Origin: an uncultured delta proteobacterium
Lineage (GTDB): Bacteria; Desulfobacterota; Binatia; UBA9968
DNA: 33,822 bases
Direction: 5' to 3'
Assembly: GCA_963755715.1 (NCBI GenBank)
Contig: CAVWLW010000070.1
Span: 1-33,822 of the forward strand
A program made the translations under genes and the position numbers. The notes below the pieces were generated by a model. It was given only the letters and a program-made list of their open reading frames with translations. It searched no databases and had not been told where the DNA came from. This document shows, in pieces, positions 28,153 through 33,822 of the stretch (the first letter of the stretch is position 1; each line of letters opens with the position of its first letter).

Positions 28153-29127
28153 ATGGCGCAAATAAAATATTTAACTTGCCTTGCGGCAAGCATCGTTTTT
28201 TGCACCCTGGCCGGGACCATCCACGCCCAGGAGCGAGTGCATGTCGCGATCTCCAATTTTTCCGCATCCTACATTTCGATGCACATCGCCCAGAAGCGCG
28301 GTTTTTATGCCGAAGAAGGCATGATCGTCGAAATCATTCTGATGGCCGGACTCACCAGCACGCGGGCGCTCATCGGCAACAGCGTCGAATTCGGCTCGGC
28401 AAGCAATCCGACCGCCGCGGTTCAAGGCGCAAAACTTAAAATCCTCATGGTCTTCAACGACAAACCGCCGGGAGAATTCATGGCGCAACCGCGGATCAAG
28501 AGCATGGGCGAATTGCGCGGCAAGAGAGTCGGCGGCTCCACGGTCGGCAGCTTGGATTACGGCTGGTTGAAAGAAGTGCTGCCGAAGTTCGGCCTGCAGC
28601 TTGAGAAGGACGTTAACTTCGTTCCCGTGGGATCAACGAGCTCCCGTTATACGGCGCTAAGGGCGGGCAGCATCGATGCCGCGTCGTTGAGCCCGCCGTC
28701 GAGTCTAATGGCGCAATCTTTGGGTTATTCGACGCTGTTTCGCTTTGCCGATCATCTGGAAGACATCCAAGCATCGATCGTCGCCACCGACGATCGGCTC
28801 GCGCGCCAAGCTGATCTGGTGCGCCGCTTCATGCGCGCCACGATCAAAGGGCAGCGCGTCTACCTGGCAAACCGCCAAGCAGGGATCGCGGCGATCATGG
28901 AGTTCACCCGTCAGAGCGACCGCGATTTGACGGCGCGCGTTTACGACGATCACATGAAAACTATCGCGCGCGACGGCACGATCCCGGAAAAGCTCCAGCG
29001 CATCGTCATCGAGCGCAGCAAACGATTTACCGGCGTCACGCGCGACGTGCGTCCCGAAGAAATCTTTGATTTTTCTTTTCTCAATCGCGCCCAAGCCGAA
29101 GTAACCCAAAGCGGCTGGACGCCGTAA
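28153..29127 (+). CDS. ABC-type substrate-binding protein, NMT1/SsuA/THI5-like
   Basis: GGAG RBS, signal peptide, AQKRGFYAEEG, ELRGKRVG and ALRAGSIDAA. Confidence 0.9.
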   Translation: MAQIKYLTCLAASIVFCTLAGTIHAQERVHVAISNFSASYISMHIAQKRGFYAEEGMIVEIILMAGLTSTRALIGNSVEFGSASNPTAAVQGAKLKILMVFNDKPPGEFMAQPRIKSMGELRGKRVGGSTVGSLDYGWLKEVLPKFGLQLEKDVNFVPVGSTSSRYTALRAGSIDAASLSPPSSLMAQSLGYSTLFRFADHLEDIQASIVATDDRLARQADLVRRFMRATIKGQRVYLANRQAGIAAIMEFTRQSDRDLTARVYDDHMKTIARDGTIPEKLQRIVIERSKRFTGVTRDVRPEEIFDFSFLNRAQAEVTQSGWTP

Positions 29128-29201
29128 TGGACGAGTCAGATTATTCTGTGGTCAATGGCGTCACCGCTGGCAGAGGCCGCCACGCGGCGGCGGTGCAGGG
29201 C

Positions 29202-29227
29202 AAGGGCGCGATGCATCGCGCCTCTAC
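29202..29227 (-). repeat. GTAG-family REP (GTAG-A-GGCGCGATGCATCGCGCC)
   Basis: Perfect 18-bp palindrome at 29205-29222 preceded on the minus strand by GTAG, which also supplies the TAXI stop codon. Lies between convergent genes. Confidence 0.7.
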
Positions 29228-30126
29228 AATTTCAACCAGCCGGTTTCACGATAAGCTTTGATCGCTCCCGGATGCAGCGCAACGCCGCCGAACTCGAATG
29301 CCGCGGCTCCCTTGGTGCGAAGCGGTTCGAATAGACTCTTCAATCCTTGAAACAGTGGATTCATCTGCGGCAACTTGTCGAGATTGTCGGCAATCGCTTT
29401 GGCCATGTCGTAAACGACGCTTTCCGCCACGCGTTCGTGTGTGACGACGACATTGATAACGCCGACTTGCGTTACATCTTCAATCACTCCGCGGAAGGCG
29501 TTTTTTTCCACAACGACAGGACGGTAAAACGGCACTTGTGCCAGCACCTTCTCCAGTTGATCTGCGCTGAAGGGAATCACCCGAATGTCAGCGCGCTGAC
29601 TGAGATCGGTCAACACCTTATTCGGAATCGGCGGATGGAATTGCACGTCGATGGCGCCACGAGCCAACGCGTCCGCGCCCTCAGCGAATCCCATGTGCAC
29701 CGGCGTGAAACTGTCGAACGAAATTCCCAGGACGCCGAAGATCGTATGGATATGTTGCTCCATGCCGCTGCCCTTGGCGCCGATCGCGATGCGTTTGCCT
29801 TTGAAGTCGGCGACGGATCGGATCGGCGAATCCGCCATTTTCACAAAACACATCGGCCCGGCGTTGGCCGGCGCCACCATGCGCAGCGAGATTTTGTTTT
29901 TGAACGGCGGCGTCGCGTCCTTCGCGCGGCCGATCCAGTTTGACGCCATAAAGCCGAAGTCGAGCTCGTCTCGATCGAGCTGCTCGGCGTTATGAATGCT
30001 TGCGTCGGTGGTTTTGACAATACATTGATCGGCTTGTGCGCGTCCGCGGTTGAAAAGCTCGGCGAAAGCCAGGGCCTGGGTATAAAAAGTTCCACCCTGT
30101 TCCGATGTTCCGATTCTAAACGGCAT
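29224..30126 (-). CDS. TAXI family TRAP solute receptor lacking a signal peptide
   Basis: FRIGTSEQGGTFY, ASIHNA, DFKGKRIAIGAKGSG, VVYDMAKAI and LHPGAIKAYRETG. GGAGG RBS before ATG 30126. Confidence 0.88.
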   Translation of the reverse strand: MPFRIGTSEQGGTFYTQALAFAELFNRGRAQADQCIVKTTDASIHNAEQLDRDELDFGFMASNWIGRAKDATPPFKNKISLRMVAPANAGPMCFVKMADSPIRSVADFKGKRIAIGAKGSGMEQHIHTIFGVLGISFDSFTPVHMGFAEGADALARGAIDVQFHPPIPNKVLTDLSQRADIRVIPFSADQLEKVLAQVPFYRPVVVEKNAFRGVIEDVTQVGVINVVVTHERVAESVVYDMAKAIADNLDKLPQMNPLFQGLKSLFEPLRTKGAAAFEFGGVALHPGAIKAYRETGWLKL

Positions 30127-30422
30127 AAGATCTTTCCTCCGGCACAAAATTCTCGCTTGGTTCCCTTTACACTACCAAGCCGGAGCGCTGCAAATCTTTT
30201 ACGTGCCAAAGCCCGCCAAAGCCCTATAGAAACCTTTCGCTGCGCCAAAGACTTAGATCTCGGCAAGCAAGGCTTCCTTGTTGACATGCCAAACGTTGTC
30301 GAAAACTTTCATGTCGGCGAGCTGACTTGGCTTGACGCTCTGCCCTTCCCTGTACTACGTTTTCCTTCGAATAACTGAACACGGATGAATCGAATCGCGT
30401 AACAGACACGGGCGGTCCTCCG

Positions 30423-30437
30423 GTTGAAATTTTCAAC
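30423..30437. promoter_or_regulatory. Perfect 7-1-7 palindrome, candidate operator
   Basis: GTTGAAA-T-TTTCAAC immediately upstream of the AAGGAG RBS of the amidohydrolase gene. Confidence 0.4.
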
Positions 30438-30455
30438 ATCTAAAAAGGAGTGGTT

Positions 30456-31575
30456 ATGGCCATCATCGATTTGGATTCTCACTTACGAGACGGTTGGTTG
30501 CTCGACGAGATCTATCGACTGCCCGAACCTTTCGCTAAATTTTCGCCGAGACGCATCGGCGACGGCAAATATTTTTATTCGAAGTTCGAGCACGATCTTT
30601 CGCCGATGGAAGATCCGGTGGCCAATGCGAACTTTAAAAAGCCGGTGACACACCAGGTTTTTTACAATCCGGAAGCGAATCAGCGCGGCAACGAAGTCAT
30701 GCAATGGCAACAGGGCGGTTACGACATGGAATACCGCATGAAGGATAACGCGCCGCGAAGGCATCGACTTTCAGCTAATCTTTCCGACTCAGATCGACAT
30801 ACCGTCGCAAAATCCCGGCGCACTGGGAGCGGCGGTCGCGCGCGCTTATAACGACTGGGCGCACAAACTCGTCGCCGGTCATCGAGACCGGCTCTCTCCC
30901 GTAGCGATGATGCCCGCAGGTTGCCCCGAAGAAATGCCTGCCGAGTTGAGACATTGCGTCAACGATCTGGGCTGCAAAGCCGCCCACTTGGTGAGTTATA
31001 CCAAAGACAAGCAGATGGACGATCCGGCGTTCTTTCCGTTTTACCAAGCCGCACAAGAGCTCGATGTCCCGCTCTTTTGCCATCCAAGCACGCTCGGCGA
31101 CGTCGGCACGTTGATCAACCGCCAGACTCACTTTTTCCCGATGCATATCCTCGGCCGCCCGCTCAACTGCGTCGCGCCGCTGGTCGCATTGGTTCTCGGC
31201 GGGATTTTTGAAAAGTTTCCGCGCTTGAAAGTCGTCTTCTTCGAAGTCACGGCGGAGTTTTTGGTTTTCTGGATGCACCGCATGGACGACGACTACGAAG
31301 TGATCAAGGACGCCGGCATGTGCCCGCAGTTGAGCATGCTGCCGTCCGAGTACGTGAAACGAAACTGCTACATCACCTGCGAGGCCGACGAAAAATGGCT
31401 GCCGCTGGCGCTGGCCGAAGTCGGCGAGACCCACGTTCTCATGGCGACGGACTACCCGCACTTCGATTCCACGTTTCCGAAAACCGTAAGCGGCATCCGC
31501 GAGCGGCCGGATATTTCGCCGAAACAGAAAAAACTGATTCTCGAAGACAACGCGTTGAATCTGATTCACCTATAA
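30456..31575 (+). CDS. Amidohydrolase_2 family protein (decarboxylase/hydratase-like), frameshift near 30753
   Basis: IIDLDSH, EGIDFQLIFPT, ARAYNDW, PLFCHP, GGIFEKFPRLKVVFFE and MATDYPHFD. Removing one base joins ORF 30450..30851 to the frame of 30907..31575. Confidence 0.88.
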
Positions 31576-31624
31576 GCCGAGGTTTCATTCACCATGAAGG
31601 ACGGGAACAACGCCAAGATGGAAA

Positions 31625-31702
31625 TTCACCGCCGAGGCGCGGAGGGCACAGAGCCGAGTTGTAACAATAAAAACTCTGCGTACTTTGCGTCTCTGTGGTG
31701 AA
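31625..31702. repeat. Palindromic REP-like element (CACCGCnGAGnCGCnGAG type)
   Basis: TTCACCGCCGAGGCGCGGAGGGCACAGAG ... CTCTGCGTACTTTGCGTCTCTGTGGTGAA; 9-bp periodic arms with an AT-rich loop. Confidence 0.7.
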
Positions 31703-31730
31703 ATCCTTTTTCATCCGAGGAGAACTATCG

Positions 31731-32734
31731 ATGATTCGGCAAGTGATATCGCGCTATTGCTTAGCTTATTCCTCTCGTTCAGCGCGCTGGCTCAAGACGC
31801 CAAACTCGTCGAAGCGGCGAAGAAAGAAACCGGCGCGATCATCGCCTACGGCTCACTGGAATCCAACACCGTGGAGCCGATCGTCGAAGCATTCAAGAAA
31901 AAAACTGGATTGACGGTAGAATACTGGCGCGCCTCGGCGACCAAAGTCATGGATCGCGCTTTGGCCGAACAACGCGCCGGCAAATCGGTCTTCGACGTCA
32001 TGGTCAACAACAGCGGCGCTATCCAGGTCATGAAAAAGGAAGGGTTATTCGCCAAATATATCTCGCCCGCAGCCAAAGCGTTTCCCAAAGAGGTGATCGA
32101 TCCCGATCTCGGTCCGGTCTATCGCAACACTCCGATCGGCATCGTCTACAACAAAGGATCCATTAGCAGCGCCGAGACACCGCGCTCATTGGAAGATCTG
32201 CCGAATCCAAAATATCGCGGCAAGTTCGTCATGCCCGATCCGACCCAGCATACGACCACGCTCCAGTGGCTCGCGAGCTTGTATAAAATCATGGGCAAAG
32301 AAAAATCCGACAAGTACATTCGCGACTTGGGCGCCGCCAAGCCGCTCCTGGTGGAATCCTTTGCCCCGTCCGCCGAGCGCGTGTCGACCGGCGAAACGCC
32401 GATCGCGATCAGCCTAATCCGCTATACAGTGACCTACAGCGAGAAAGGCGCGCCGGTGGATTATGTGCGGCTCGGCAAGATGTTGAGCACGGGCCAGTAT
32501 CTAGCCCTCAGCAATAAGGCGACTCGACCGAACGGCGGCAAGGCCTTTATCGATTTTTTTCTCGGCGACGAGAGCATGAGGATCCTCGCCAAGATGGGCG
32601 AGTTCGTAAACCGCAAGGGGATTTACCCGCCGCTCCCCGGCGCGGATAAAATTCAAGCGGTGGAAATGGACGATTTCGACGCCAGCGAATTCAAGGAAAA
32701 AACTCAGGAGTTCCAAAAAATATTTTTGAAATAG
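31731..32734 (+). CDS. Extracellular solute-binding protein (AfuA/Fe3+/polyamine-like), frameshift in signal peptide near 31749
   Basis: GAGGAG RBS then ATG 31731; LVEAAKKE, GIVYNK, PRSLEDLPNPKYRGK and PNGGKAFIDFFL. Confidence 0.87.
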
Positions 32735-32745
32735 GAGGAGAAGCC

Positions 32746-33140
32746 ATGGCGCGACGAGAATACTTGAAAGGCGACGCGCGTCAGCGGGAGCGCGCTTACT
32801 CCCCCGCCGTCAAGATCAACGGCGGCACGACGATATACTTGGCCGGACAGACCGGCTACCAAGACGAACGCGGCGAGACTATCCGGGTGACTTCGATGGC
32901 CAAGCGCGCGTGGCTTTCGAGCGCATGCGCAAGACCCTCGAAACTGCCGGCGGCAAACTCGATGACATCGTGACCATGACGGTCTTTATCACCGACATGG
33001 CCAACGGCACGCGCTTCACCCAACTCAGAAAGGAGTTTTTCAAAGAAGGCAGCTATCCAGCCAGCGCGCTCATCGGCATCAAAGAACTGGCCCGGCCGGA
33101 GATGATGATCGAGATTCAAGCCATCGCCGTGGTGGATTGA
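32746..33140 (+). CDS. RidA/YjgF/UK114 family protein, frameshift near 32879
   Basis: YSPAV, IYLAGQTG, AGGKLDDIV, YPASALIGIKELARPEMMIEIQAIA. Confidence 0.87.
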
Positions 33141-33156
33141 TGGAGAACTAGAACTC

Positions 33157-33302
33157 AATATCGAAATCCGAAGTTCGAAACAAATCCAAATGATCGAAAA
33201 GCAGAAAATTCAAAATTCTCGGCTCGATTTCGGAATTTGATATTTGGGTAGAGTTTATTCTGTTTCCGTTTGTTTCGGATTTCGCTATTCGAATTTCGGA
33301 TT
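33157..33302. repeat. Palindromic REP-like element built from 7-bp CGAAATY units
   Basis: ATATCGAAATCCGAAGTTCGAAACAAA ... TTTGTTTCGGATTTCGCTATTCGAATTTCGGATT. Confidence 0.72.
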
Positions 33303-33328
33303 ATAATTTATTTATTAGGAGGTGAACC

Positions 33329-33696
33329 ATGGAATCACCATTTAAAGTCACCGGCATCGACCACGTCGTCTTTCACGTCAAAGATCTCGGCGGCGCGAAA
33401 AAGTTCTATATCGATTTCTTGGCATGGAGATCGACCATGAAAGCTCGTGGCAATGTTTTCTCAAGTGCGGCAGCCAAGGCGTCGCCCTGTTTGAAGTCGA
33501 AGACAACGAAGATGTTCACGGCGGCAGTGAAGTCAATCACATGGCGCTACGCCTGGCGGCCGGAGACTATGAAAGCGTCAAAGCGACGCTCGAAAACGCC
33601 GGCATCAAAGTCCACGGCCGCAAAAATGATCCGCATTGCGTCTATTTCAACGATCCCGACGGCCATCACTTACAACTTTTGATGCCGAATGAATGA
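33329..33696 (+). CDS. VOC/glyoxalase family protein, frameshift near 33421
   Basis: GIDHVVFHVKDL..KFY..LG, NHMALR and VYFNDPDGHHLQL; AGGAGG RBS. Confidence 0.88.
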
Positions 33697-33734
33697 CAGG
33701 ATCGTAGGTGAGAGTCTTTCGGCAGGGATATTGG

Positions 33735-33756
33735 CAATACACTGACCAGTGTATTG
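33735..33756. other. Perfect 10-2-10 inverted repeat
   Basis: CAATACACTG-AC-CAGTGTATTG, downstream of the VOC stop codon. Confidence 0.5.
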
Positions 33757-33822
33757 TGGTGTCATCTGCAAGTTTTCTTTAACAAGTCCTGGAATGACCG
33801 AGTAAATTCCCGTTGTCGTGTC

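Noticed and set aside
30189-30209. TTGGCACG...TTGCA upstream of the TAXI gene (minus strand) as a sigma54 promoter
   Set aside because: GG-to-GC spacing is 14 nt instead of the obligatory 10.
27760-33425. Programmed ribosomal frameshifting in pssA, amidohydrolase, SBP, RidA and VOC genes
   Set aside because: No shared slippery heptamer or stimulatory structure, shift directions are mixed, and these families are not known to be recoded; sequencing indels are simpler.

Overview
A GC-rich bacterial chromosomal segment with about 33 protein-coding genes and no rRNA, tRNA, CRISPR array, integrase or transposase. The gene content (orphan NMT1/TAXI/AfuA-type solute-binding proteins, amidohydrolases, ornithine-cyclodeaminase-like, RidA, VOC) suggests a deltaproteobacterium-like lineage such as Ca. 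Binatia; this is inference only. Layout: (1) 1-6 kb is an accessory-looking patchwork on the minus strand: secreted hypothetical, OCD/mu-crystallin, orphan HI1420-type antitoxin, SAM methyltransferase, GST, CxxCxxCC protein, TIGR03067 protein and MBL-fold protein, with REP-like inverted repeats and attC-like remnants between them. (2) 6.3 kb holds a small membrane protein with a candidate sigma54 promoter. (3) 6.6-11.5 kb holds MFS-SBP-MFS-amidohydrolase. (4) 11.7-17.1 kb holds a membrane protein, an exported triple helix-hairpin-helix protein, DUF2339 and DUF3999. (5) 17.6-25.7 kb holds an SH3 protein and a seven-gene membrane protein-DUF4129-DUF4350-MoxR-DUF58-RDD-SpoIIM operon. (6) 25.7-33.8 kb holds a two-RCK K+ channel, pssA, SBPs, a signal-less TAXI receptor, an amidohydrolase, RidA and VOC. 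About 12 genes carry single small frameshifts, most simply explained as long-read indel errors. The most notable observations are a REP-like inverted-repeat element present both 'empty' (2179-2236) and apparently 'filled' with a cargo gene (75-1039), at least five unrelated intergenic palindromic repeat families, the coupled membrane protein/3xHhH pair, and the intact MoxR envelope operon of unknown function. All family assignments are from motif recognition by eye; no database search was run.
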